From the IMG/VR virus record IMGVR_UViG_3300011334_000264, positions 1-26,834 of that record: DNA of 26,834 bases. One strand, given 5' to 3'. Shown piece after piece: positions 6,141 to 15,324 of this stretch. Source of the stretch: a virus (taxonomy: Duplodnaviria > Caudoviricetes). The notes beneath the pieces are model-generated. The model had not been told where the DNA came from. It ran no database searches and saw nothing but the letters and a program-made list of their open reading frames with translations. Numbering within the stretch: position 1 is the first letter of the stretch; each line of letters starts with the position of its first letter. The translations under genes and the position numbers were made by a program.

Positions 6141-7194
6141 GATAGCACTATCAATCCTACATTTCCGATCTTTGCAGCAGTTGGTGCAGTAGAACCAGCT
6201 CCAACTGAAGCCCCTGCTGTTCCACCATTTGCGGTAACGATTCCGATACTAGTAGAGGTCGTTATAATCCCAATCATACCGCCTGCTCCACCAGCACCAC
6301 CACCAGCTACACCCAATGCAGAAACACCATCAGCACCAGCACCACCGTTGCAAGTTATGCTGCCATTATTTATAATAGTCTTTGCGGATATCCATACAAT
6401 GCCAGCACCGCCACCACCTCCACCTGATGTAGCCAACCCTGCCGTAGCATTACATCCACCTGCACCGCCACCACTTCCACCGTTGAAAGTCGAACTAGAA
6501 TTATAGCATCTGTCAGTTAATAGTGAAGAGAGTGATGACCACTTCTGAAGAATAGTTGGAGGGGGAGCAGCACCAGCAGTACCACCTGTATTTGCACCAC
6601 CAGCAGATCCACACTTCCACCGTTGAAAGTCGAACTAGCATTATAGCATCTGGCAGTTAATAGTGAAGAGAGTGATGACCACTTCTGAAGAATAGTTGGA
6701 GGGGGAGCAGCACCAGCAGTACCACCTGTATTTGCACCACCAGCAGATCCACCAACACCACCCTGAGGAGCTTGGTTTAGATCATTGATTGAACAGTTAG
6801 AAGAAGTTGTTGAACTAGCACCAGCACCAGTTGTTGTTCGGCCAGCCGCACCAGCACCAGATGCAGCACCAAATCCAGTTGAAACTATGTTCAATGCAGC
6901 ACCAGCAGTTACACCTACTGCATCCTTACCGTTGTCATTTATATTTCCACCAGCCTCAATGGTGAGAACACCCTTTACGAAGATACGAAATCCTCTTGGA
7001 GTAAGTGTTGCACCATTAGGAACAGTCAAGTTATTGTACATTGTATCACGAGAAATAGTGACAGGTGCACCAGCTACAATAACGGCATCACCGTCAGATC
7101 CATCTCCAAATATTCCCGAAAATATTGTTGAAGATATTGAGCCACCTGTGGAAGCTTCTGGAAAAACATTTACGCCAGTTGTTATACCTGCCAT
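6137..7194 (-). pseudogene. Glycine-rich tail fibre/appendage protein frameshifted by a 140-bp tandem duplication (or assembly artefact)
   Basis: Track ORFs 6517-7194 and 6137-6436 join into one 918-nt (305-aa) frame when one repeat copy is removed: ...FGDGSDG...YNNLTVPNGATL...TFNGGSGGGAGGCNATAGLATSGGGGGGAGIVWISAKTIINNGSITCNGG... Confidence 0.8.
6472..6751. repeat. 140-bp tandem duplication, 2 copies, 2 mismatches
   Basis: 6472-6611 vs 6612-6751. Differences are 6499A/6639C and 6513T/6653G. Confidence 0.95.
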
Positions 7195-7415
7195 TAGAAA
7201 CCTCTTATATTAAAATCAGAAGAGCTTGCTATGATTTCACAAGCTGCATCAAGATCTAAAAGTGTATTGATGGTATACATTCTGCCATAGCAATCTATAA
7301 ATCCAACACCATCTTGAGGCCAAGTATTATAGATTGCATCCGCTGTTAATGCCCAGCTATCTTCATACCAAACATTTCCTATTACACATGGTTCTGTCTG
7401 TATGATCTGTAACAT
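7194..7415 (-). CDS. Small acidic protein, possible fibre chaperone
   Basis: 73 aa, stop/start overlaps on both sides. Confidence 0.7.
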   Translation of the reverse strand: MLQIIQTEPCVIGNVWYEDSWALTADAIYNTWPQDGVGFIDCYGRMYTINTLLDLDAACEIIASSSDFNIRGF

Positions 7416-8392
7416 CAGCTTATCTCCTGAATATAAATGTTAAGTGCCTTTACCTTTACAGAAGTAGCTCCAGAACCAGTTGAGCGAGAGAACTGAAGGT
7501 ATGCCCATACATCGTTTGTAGCCGTAGCAACATAGCTACCTACGTTAGTATTGGTAGTTGGATTCCAGTTCTGCCAAAAATCAGAACCACCAGTAAACGC
7601 ATCTATGGCTCCATTATAATAAGTAAATCTTGCTGTGCTTGTAGCAAAGAAGTTTCTAGTAGCCCTAGCAGAATAAGAACATCCCCATTTTATTGGACCA
7701 TCTAATGCAAAACTATTCCAAGGAGCAGGGTTTAGTGAGAACTGTGCTATGACGCTTCCTGTTTGAGCTGCATTTGGAGATGTGCCTAACATATTAAAAA
7801 TGTTATAAGGATAGTTTAATGCATTACCAGTAACAGCTTCTGCTCTAACTGCTGCTGATTGAAAACGAGTAGGATAAGTTGCAGAGTTATTAAAGTAAGC
7901 AGTTCCTCCTTGAAGAACACCAGCATTTGCCCAGCAATAAGTTCCTACAGTAGATGTGTAGGTATTTCCAACGCGAGTAAACATTGGATCATATTCTGCT
8001 TCAACAACTACCTGCCACTTTTCAAATGTAGTATCTGCAAGAAGTTCGGCTGATATTGTTCTGACATCAAATCCTAAAGTTGGAGCATGAAGTGTTGACC
8101 AATACCATTTACCAAACTGTGAAGTAACAACTGGACAGTTTGCTACCATTCTTCCGCCAGTAATCTGTATTGAACCACCTGTATTATTAGCGAGGTTCTT
8201 CCACTTACCTGTTACAGTTGGAACTGATGAGCCAGCAGTTGTTATAAAAGTATAATCTCCATCAGTAGAGAATGTCTGTCCCTGTTGCTGTGCGGAAAAG
8301 TCTATTGATGCTACAAGTTTTTTCTTGCCATCAGAGATAGTGACAGTTGTGCCACCACCTGTACCATCTGGAAATACTGGAGCTATAGACAT
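7415..8392 (-). CDS. Putative receptor-binding/appendage protein (beta-rich)
   Basis: 325 aa, rich in T/S/G/N and aromatics, GGAG RBS. N-terminal VFPDGTGGG resembles VFPEASTGG of the Gly-rich protein. Confidence 0.6.
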   Translation of the reverse strand: MSIAPVFPDGTGGGTTVTISDGKKKLVASIDFSAQQQGQTFSTDGDYTFITTAGSSVPTVTGKWKNLANNTGGSIQITGGRMVANCPVVTSQFGKWYWSTLHAPTLGFDVRTISAELLADTTFEKWQVVVEAEYDPMFTRVGNTYTSTVGTYCWANAGVLQGGTAYFNNSATYPTRFQSAAVRAEAVTGNALNYPYNIFNMLGTSPNAAQTGSVIAQFSLNPAPWNSFALDGPIKWGCSYSARATRNFFATSTARFTYYNGAIDAFTGGSDFWQNWNPTTNTNVGSYVATATNDVWAYLQFSRSTGSGATSVKVKALNIYIQEIS

Positions 8393-8401
8393 TCTTTCTC
8401 C

Positions 8402-8827
8402 TTACTCTGGTCTTGAAAAAGTAATCTTTAAATCTTTAACAGTAGCAGTTCCAGCGTCAGTTTTAACAGTCCAATAAAGTGTATCAGTATCTAGGAAACT
8501 ATCAACGTCAACCTTATAAACCACACCACCTCTTGCTGCATTAGTATAACCAGTAGCAATAGTTGCTTGTGTATCTGGTACAAGCATTTCATCGCCAGTT
8601 GCATCGGGAGAAATACGAAGTGTTAGTTTAGTACAGCCAGCAGCGATAGTATGAACGTGAATGTATACTGCTGATATATGGAATGGATAAGCAGTGACAG
8701 TAAGTGGCTTACCATCTGGACTTATTTCTGGTGCCAGATCAATAGCTACAGGCGCATGAAAACTTGTAGTCAAAGCCTGTGTTATTGTTCCGGTATCTGC
8801 CTGCTTGATGATATATGCTTTTCCCAT
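8402..8827 (-). CDS. Beta-sandwich virion protein, paralog of 5255-5677
   Basis: 141 aa, with the C-terminal DAGTAT motif shared with the 140-aa ORF. Confidence 0.65.
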   Translation of the reverse strand: MGKAYIIKQADTGTITQALTTSFHAPVAIDLAPEISPDGKPLTVTAYPFHISAVYIHVHTIAAGCTKLTLRISPDATGDEMLVPDTQATIATGYTNAARGGVVYKVDVDSFLDTDTLYWTVKTDAGTATVKDLKITFSRPE

Positions 8828-8988
8828 TATTTCTTTCCTTTTTTCATTGGTGTTTTCTTAGATATTTTAGATTTGCCTGCAACTGAATAGGCGATTGCCA
8901 CGGCCTGCTTAGTTGGTCGCCCTTCTTTAACAAGTGTTCCAATATTTTTAGATATTGTTTTTTTAGATGATCCTTTTTTCAGCGGCAT
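8827..8988 (-). CDS. Small basic phage protein (53 aa, absent from ORF track)
   Basis: [66 protein letters not shown] overlap. I recognise the MPLKKG..KTIS.NI...G.P..QAVAIA pattern as a recurring small phage protein type. Confidence 0.85.
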   Translation of the reverse strand: MPLKKGSSKKTISKNIGTLVKEGRPTKQAVAIAYSVAGKSKISKKTPMKKGKK

Positions 8989-8996
8989 AATCTTTT

Positions 8997-9024
8997 TCTC
9001 CTATTAGTATTGAATCTGTCTATT
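8997..9024. repeat. 28-bp intergenic direct repeat, copy A (pairs with 18498-18525)
   Basis: TCTCCTATTAgTATTGaaTcTGTCTATT vs TCTCCTATTAtTATTGtgTtTGTCTATT, 24/28 identical. Confidence 0.65.
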
Positions 9025-9026
9025 GT

Positions 9027-12000
9027 TTATTTTGGTGGGAACCTAACGTCTACTGGAGCATCCAATGCAGTTATATCTTTGATCTCACCAGCAGCTCTCA
9101 TTCTATTCATTCTTTGTGTTTCTTCTATAGTTGGTGCATCCTGTACAGAAGTAACACCTAACGCTCTCCATGCATCTGTAACCATCTGTGCTTCTGGTAC
9201 ATATCCTGCTTGTGGGAAAATAGCCTGTGCGAGTGGAGCATAGTCCTGAGCAGTTCTAGATACACCAGCAGTAACCATTAGAGATTTAAAGATAGCCCAG
9301 TTCTTTTGTGATTGCTTATCACCCTTCTTTATTCTCCATTGTCTTCCGTTGAAGTATCCTCTTCCAGAAGTTTCTTCATCTTCTGGAACAGCTTCAGTTT
9401 CTACATAAGTATTAAAGATCTTCTCCATCTCTGGGTTTTGTCTAATGTACCAGACAAGCTTAGGGTCAAGATAATCTCCAAGTGATCTGCCTGTCCTTAA
9501 ATCCATTCCAATGGATGCTGCCACTATACCTTGAATCCAAGGGTTTGATTGTTGAGCTATTAGATCAGCAACTTCTGCTGCAGATTTAAATGCAGATGTT
9601 TGTTCTCCAGATACATTTAGTCCAGCTGAACCAGCAACATATCCAAGAGGAATAGAAAGATAGTCTATTAGATCTCCGACAGCTTGAACCTGTGGAATGG
9701 GTGGACCGAATGTTGCGTATCTCTTTTTATTTTCTGGATCTTCAGATAGAGCTATAAACATTCTTGAATCAGAATATTCTTTCATTGGATAACGGTAATC
9801 CATATCTTCTTTTTCAGAGCCAAAGATTTGCTTACCTACATCGTAAACATGGGACCAGCCTTGTCTTTGTGAGAAGGCTACCTTTAATCTTCTTGGATCT
9901 TGAACAAGAGAAACTAATACTGAACGCCAGTTGTTTCTACGGAATGTCCAGAACCAGAATACTTTTGATACAGCATCTTTCTCAAGTTTAGAAAGATTAC
10001 CATAATCAAATAGTGATTCTCTTGCAAGCTTCATAGCTTGAGGAAGTTGTTCTCCTTCTTTAAGCGCATTGATAAGAACAGATGTTCTGTACTGTTGGTC
10101 AACTGCGTTTGCTAATGTTGACCAAACATTCATATCATTTGTATTAACGAAGTTTCTTTGAATAGCCTTTCTTATTCCAAGTGCATCAACCTTGTCACCA
10201 TATAGTTTGGTATTACCAGCCCAATCAATAGCAGAGTTAATAAGTTGATTAGTAAGTTCTGCTGATGCTTGTGAACGACCAATACCACCACGCTTAATAA
10301 TATCTCCAATAGATGATGCAGTATAGATTTGACCATCAGGAGCAGTAAATAATATCTTATCTGTTTTTGCGTATGCTGGAGCATAAACAGTTTTCATTGC
10401 AGAAATAACATCTGGATCTGCCATAGCATAAGTTGACTTTAATCCTTTGCCAAGGCCAACCTGCGAAGTTACAATGGATGGACCAGTAAGCATGTTGTTC
10501 ATTAGATATACAAGGTTTGGAAGTCCGTTGCCACCAAGCATACCATTCTTTGCAATACCATTTACAGTAGGAACAATACCTTCTAATCCTGATTGCATAT
10601 TTTCAAGAACTAACTTGCGATAGTAATCTGAAGCACCAGCAACATCATCACCAATACGAAGAGGTTTACCTGCAATCGTTTGTTCTTTTACTTTTGCCAA
10701 TGCTTTTTCTTCAGCTGAGATTTCTGCATCAAGAGTTTTATTTATAACTTTTTCCAACTCTGCAATATCATCTGCTACCTTAACTCCGTTCTTTGCTACA
10801 ACTTGGTCTAACTTATTCCCGGTTGTTGCCAAAGAAATAGATTCCATTGTTTCTGTAATAGATTTTAGATTGACAGCATTTGTGATTGGACGTTTAATAC
10901 CAGCCGCTGTTTTAGTTAGAAGAGGAATGGTTGCAGCTTTTTCAGCAGCACCTTGTAGTGAACCAGCAAGTGGGTTCTTTAAGTTATTCTTAATGTCTGT
11001 TAGAGCTGTCTGATAGAATAGTGCAGTTGCATCTGCTCTAGCATTGGTGCCATAGTTTTGTTTATATACTGAAGCTGGATCAACTCCTGCATTATCAAGT
11101 GCCTGAGCTAACTGCTGACGGAAGAACTTCTCTTCAGCAGTTCCACCACCAATACGATTTGCTTCACCAAGCAATCCTCTATTTTTATCATCAGCCAGTA
11201 TCTTGAGATAGTTTCTTCCCTTTCCTGTAGTTGAAGAAATAGCTGTAACATTATCTTCAATACCAGCAATCAGAAGATCTTGAACATATGTTGCAGAAGA
11301 AGATGCAAACTTTCCTCTTTCAGCAAACCAAGGAATAAGATTATATGTTATCATATCAGCTTCTTTTTTAGAGCCAGCAGCCGCAAGTTCTTTTGCTTGA
11401 TTTTGTAACTGTCTAGTTATAGCATTTTGCATTACCTGATAATCGTCATATGCCATTTCCTGTAGGGTATATGCAGAAGGAAATAAATCTGGATGTTCTT
11501 GTTGTGCCTTTAAGATTATTTCATCAAGAGCATTTGCCTGAGCCTTAGTGAAATAAGTTCCGGTTACTAGTTGACTAAAGTTTTCTGGCTTAACAACCAT
11601 AGCTTGTTGTGAAGCAGATCTCCATGAATCTCCTACAGAGCGAAGTCCACCGGGGCTTTGTCTATATGGTAGAGCATCGGAACCAAACCTAGATTGTGCT
11701 GCAAGAGAAGCTTTTTCCATTACAGAATCAATATCTCTTACTGCAACAGAACCTTTTCTTGTAAGGATTTGTTCTAATGAATATCCATAGAAATCTATTT
11801 GCATTCTTTGTAAAGCATTAAGAGCACCAACATTATCTCCTGCCATTACTGCTTCTTCAAATGCAGTAAAGTAAGGTTTAAATGCTGGAGTTTCAATCAT
11901 AACAGTAATGAGATTTCTCATCTCAGCAGTAGAGATTGCTTGTGCATCAAGGTCAACTATCCTTCCGGTAGTTGAGATAGAATCAATCGCACGTTCATAT

Positions 12001-15000
12001 CCACCAAACATGGCGGCAACATTTGTTCTAAACATTTCAAATGCGCCTGCTCTTTGTGCTTCAACTACCTCAGCAATAGATCTTGGTTGTGCTCTAGTTA
12101 CTTCTTCACCAGCACGACGAACATAAACTGGTGGAGTTGGAACTTCTTTTACTCCTCCACCTTTCTTTCCCTTATATACTCTTGGTTGTTCTACAGCTAC
12201 TGGTCTATATACTGGTCCTTCAGTAAACTCATTTACTAAAACATTAGCAAATGCTTCTGGTCTTGAGACACCTTTCTTCCTACCGGGAATCTGTGTCTCT
12301 CCCATTTCAACACGCATCTTTGCTTTAAAGTCGTCAGCAAGCGCACCCATCTTAGCATTTACTTCTGCTACGATTTGTTTTACAATAGGATCTTGTGATG
12401 ATGGTTGTGTAAATCTTTTCATATTATCAGAGAAGATTGCGCCAATACCAGATTCAGAAAAGTCTTTTGGTTTAAAGGCAGTTCTTGTAAAATAAGATAG
12501 TTCTGCTGGAGTTGCTTCGGCAGCAAGTTTTCCTGCTATTCTTCCTAACTGTGGAGTAGTCCTTGCAGTTATTTGTGGAGCAGCTTCAATGGCAATAGCA
12601 CCACGAACAAGGCTATTAAACTGATCAGCATTTATAACTATCTTTCTTCCACCCTCAAGAGCAGACTGCATTCTATTGATTATGGTTCCAGTTTGAAATG
12701 GAGAATAAGTTTCTGTAGGTTTTAATGATAATGGTGCTACTGTATCTCTTGCTGCTGCTGCAAGGTATGGCTCTGTTCCTCTTTGAATAGCACCATAGAT
12801 TGCAGTTCTACCTGCACGATCTACTACTCCACCCTTCTCTAGTATTTTTGTTTGGAATGTTCCTTGGAAGTAATCGTCAAGTTGACGAAGCTCCTCTTCT
12901 GTAACTTCAATCAATCCAGTCTTTTTATCGAAGCGTGCTCTCATAGCATCTAATGCTGGAACTTTATCTTTTACATTTTTAATAACTTTCTTTGCATCTT
13001 CTGGAGATAAGGTTATATCTCCAAGTTTAACTTGCCTTCCAATAATGCCAGTTTTACCTGCCAAGTTATCAGCAGTTTTCTTTACTGTATCTATAACGAA
13101 AGCTTTCTTGATGGCATCATAAGCTGGACCAGTAGTGGGAAGAACAAAGTTTCCCTTACCAACTTCAGGTGCTTTACCTCCTAATACCTTTGGTCTTTCT
13201 CCAAGTATTCTTTCAACGCTTATATTAATGCCACGTTTTTTTAACTCTTTAGATAATCCTTCAGCAACAGTCTGTAGAAATAGATCGTCGGTAGTAACTA
13301 CATTTTCTCTAACTCTATTGATAAATCCATCAATAGCAGTTTCAATATCTGTGCGCTTGATTGATTTTCCTGCAATCAAATCTGCTTTTACAGCATCATC
13401 AACAGAGTCAATCATTGCATTGTAATAAAGATCTGAACGACCACCAGTAGCTATTTCATCAAAGTAGTTTGTAGTTTCTGTTCCTACAGAAGTCTTTCTT
13501 AAACCTTCTTGGACTTCTTTTGCAGCAACATTTACTGGAGGTGTTCCAGAAACAACTGCACGTTGTCCTGCGGTATTTGTAAAGTCAATACCATATTTCT
13601 CTGCTGCTGTTTTAAACTGAGCCCAATCCTGTCTACCAGTTAATCTTGTATATTCAGCTTCTAATGCTGCATCAAGAATAGCTGGGTCATATACTGGTCT
13701 AGTATTTACTGGAATACTTTTATCTATTGATGCTGCACCTAATGCTCTATCTGCTTCAATGGCAGCATGAACTGTTGGACTTGCAGCAAGATTAAGAACA
13801 TCATCTGATATTTTATTAAGAACTGGAGACTCAATAAAACGTTTTGTTGAAGCCGCCAACTCAGTAGAGATTGCTTTTGTTCCACCAGTCTTAGGAGTGA
13901 ATACCTTGTAAGCATCCCATGTTCCTTCAAGGAAACCTCTACCTGCTCCTTTTGCACCAGCTTTAAATGCTTCTCCAGTAGTAGCACCAAATGTTTTTGC
14001 AACTTGTGATGCTCCGCTTGCACCCTTTGATGCTCCTGCTAAACCACTACCAACACCAAGATCCATTGGAATAAGTAAGCCTGCTACGAAACCTGTTGCT
14101 GAACCAAGGGATTCTGCGAAGTCCTGTGTATCTTTATCCGCTCCTGCTAGCTTAGCAATATCTCTGGTAGATTCTCCAAGTGCCATAAGACCTTGACCAC
14201 CTTTAAGTTCGGTGGAAAGTATATCGCTAAATGGCTCTACTGCAATAGGTCTTTCTGCTGTTGCAGCACCAGCTTCTCGTCCAGCCTTCTTTGCTCCAGC
14301 AACGAGTAGAGCTTCTGAAGTAGATGCTATCTTACCAGCAGTTGCTATCGGAGATTCTATGATTGCGCCTGTAGGGAGATTAGTAGTCCCAACTTTCTCT
14401 AATACTTTCGCAAGACCTCTGCTTCCAAGGAATGTAGGTGGAGCACCTTCGTAGTAGTAACCTTCATAAACTTTTCTAAAGTTTTCTGGTGTAAGTTGAA
14501 AGTCCTGTCGATCCTTAAAGAAAGCTTGTGCCTGAGCATAAGCAGCTTCTTTCTTGGCTTGATAAGCTGGTACTTCTTTTGGTGACACAATGGTTTGTGG
14601 CATTAAAGAACCAAGAACTTTTCCAGCAGTAGGAAGTCCAAACTCTGAGAATACTTTTTCAACTGTGTATGGTGCTGGAGTTGTAGTTCTTCTTTCACCT
14701 GATGGAGTTCTAGGTTCAACAGCTAATGCCTCTGCCCTATTTCTAAGAAGAGTCTCTGCCTCTGGTGATATACGTATCTGTGGAGGAGCTTCACCACCAG
14801 CCATAGCTGAGATCTCTTCTTTCTTTCCTAATCTTGCTGTATCAAGAATGTCAATACCAGAAGTAGCTGTTCTCGTTCTCTGAGTAATGTCACCTGTTTC
14901 TGGCTGAACAACGACGGATGGTAGACCAGCTTCCAGAGGACGAACAGAAGCAGTCGTAGGAAAGCGTGCAGCGGGCATAGGAGCCGTTACAACAGGAGCA

Positions 15001-15314
15001 GGCGGTCTTACTATGGGCGCGGTAACAGGAGCGGCTGGAGGGGCAGCAGGTGGGGTTATTCCGGCTTTCCCAGTTATTCCGGCTTTAGGCTTCGGCGGTG
15101 CAACTACAGGAGCACCTCTCTTAATTCCGGCTTTCCCAGTTATTCCGGCTTTAGGCTTCGGCGGTGCAACTACAGGAGCACCTCTCTTAACAAGCTCAGC
15201 CAGAGATTGCTCTGAAAGAACTTGAGAGTATATCTCTGGAACTGATTGACCAGCAGGGATATTAAACTGTTTTCTTAAAGCAGCTTCCTCTGCTGGAGTG
15301 TAAGGTCTTGCCAT
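9027..15314 (-). CDS. Very large internal virion / DNA ejection protein
   Basis: 2095 aa, Ala-rich and helical, third gene of an increasing-size triad. The C-terminal AMKLARESLFDYGNLSKLEKDAVSKVFWFWTF motif is typical of large podophage ejection/polyvalent proteins. Confidence 0.75.
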   Translation of the reverse strand: MARPYTPAEEAALRKQFNIPAGQSVPEIYSQVLSEQSLAELVKRGAPVVAPPKPKAGITGKAGIKRGAPVVAPPKPKAGITGKAGITPPAAPPAAPVTAPIVRPPAPVVTAPMPAARFPTTASVRPLEAGLPSVVVQPETGDITQRTRTATSGIDILDTARLGKKEEISAMAGGEAPPQIRISPEAETLLRNRAEALAVEPRTPSGERRTTTPAPYTVEKVFSEFGLPTAGKVLGSLMPQTIVSPKEVPAYQAKKEAAYAQAQAFFKDRQDFQLTPENFRKVYEGYYYEGAPPTFLGSRGLAKVLEKVGTTNLPTGAIIESPIATAGKIASTSEALLVAGAKKAGREAGAATAERPIAVEPFSDILSTELKGGQGLMALGESTRDIAKLAGADKDTQDFAESLGSATGFVAGLLIPMDLGVGSGLAGASKGASGASQVAKTFGATTGEAFKAGAKGAGRGFLEGTWDAYKVFTPKTGGTKAISTELAASTKRFIESPVLNKISDDVLNLAASPTVHAAIEADRALGAASIDKSIPVNTRPVYDPAILDAALEAEYTRLTGRQDWAQFKTAAEKYGIDFTNTAGQRAVVSGTPPVNVAAKEVQEGLRKTSVGTETTNYFDEIATGGRSDLYYNAMIDSVDDAVKADLIAGKSIKRTDIETAIDGFINRVRENVVTTDDLFLQTVAEGLSKELKKRGINISVERILGERPKVLGGKAPEVGKGNFVLPTTGPAYDAIKKAFVIDTVKKTADNLAGKTGIIGRQVKLGDITLSPEDAKKVIKNVKDKVPALDAMRARFDKKTGLIEVTEEELRQLDDYFQGTFQTKILEKGGVVDRAGRTAIYGAIQRGTEPYLAAAARDTVAPLSLKPTETYSPFQTGTIINRMQSALEGGRKIVINADQFNSLVRGAIAIEAAPQITARTTPQLGRIAGKLAAEATPAELSYFTRTAFKPKDFSESGIGAIFSDNMKRFTQPSSQDPIVKQIVAEVNAKMGALADDFKAKMRVEMGETQIPGRKKGVSRPEAFANVLVNEFTEGPVYRPVAVEQPRVYKGKKGGGVKEVPTPPVYVRRAGEEVTRAQPRSIAEVVEAQRAGAFEMFRTNVAAMFGGYERAIDSISTTGRIVDLDAQAISTAEMRNLITVMIETPAFKPYFTAFEEAVMAGDNVGALNALQRMQIDFYGYSLEQILTRKGSVAVRDIDSVMEKASLAAQSRFGSDALPYRQSPGGLRSVGDSWRSASQQAMVVKPENFSQLVTGTYFTKAQANALDEIILKAQQEHPDLFPSAYTLQEMAYDDYQVMQNAITRQLQNQAKELAAAGSKKEADMITYNLIPWFAERGKFASSSATYVQDLLIAGIEDNVTAISSTTGKGRNYLKILADDKNRGLLGEANRIGGGTAEEKFFRQQLAQALDNAGVDPASVYKQNYGTNARADATALFYQTALTDIKNNLKNPLAGSLQGAAEKAATIPLLTKTAAGIKRPITNAVNLKSITETMESISLATTGNKLDQVVAKNGVKVADDIAELEKVINKTLDAEISAEEKALAKVKEQTIAGKPLRIGDDVAGASDYYRKLVLENMQSGLEGIVPTVNGIAKNGMLGGNGLPNLVYLMNNMLTGPSIVTSQVGLGKGLKSTYAMADPDVISAMKTVYAPAYAKTDKILFTAPDGQIYTASSIGDIIKRGGIGRSQASAELTNQLINSAIDWAGNTKLYGDKVDALGIRKAIQRNFVNTNDMNVWSTLANAVDQQYRTSVLINALKEGEQLPQAMKLARESLFDYGNLSKLEKDAVSKVFWFWTFRRNNWRSVLVSLVQDPRRLKVAFSQRQGWSHVYDVGKQIFGSEKEDMDYRYPMKEYSDSRMFIALSEDPENKKRYATFGPPIPQVQAVGDLIDYLSIPLGYVAGSAGLNVSGEQTSAFKSAAEVADLIAQQSNPWIQGIVAASIGMDLRTGRSLGDYLDPKLVWYIRQNPEMEKIFNTYVETEAVPEDEETSGRGYFNGRQWRIKKGDKQSQKNWAIFKSLMVTAGVSRTAQDYAPLAQAIFPQAGYVPEAQMVTDAWRALGVTSVQDAPTIEETQRMNRMRAAGEIKDITALDAPVDVRFPPK
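15058..15190. repeat. 66-bp perfect in-frame tandem repeat (KRGAPVVAPPKPKAGITGKAGI x2)
   Basis: 15058-15123 is identical to 15124-15189. Each unit contains two ATTCCGGCTTT. Confidence 0.95.
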
Positions 15315-15324
15315 TCAGTTTTCC

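Noticed and set aside
6472-6751. Diversity-generating retroelement TR/VR pair, tempting given the BPP-1-like capsid
   Set aside because: The copies are directly tandem, have only 2 differences that are not both at adenines on one strand, and no reverse transcriptase is present in the window.
5988-7213. Plus-strand Pro/Ala-rich ORFs (172 and 142 aa)
   Set aside because: Antisense shadows of Gly-rich codons with no RBS. The same applies to the other short plus-strand ORFs inside large minus-strand genes.
15058-15190. CRISPR-like array
   Set aside because: Contiguous in-frame coding repeat with no unique spacers and no cas genes.
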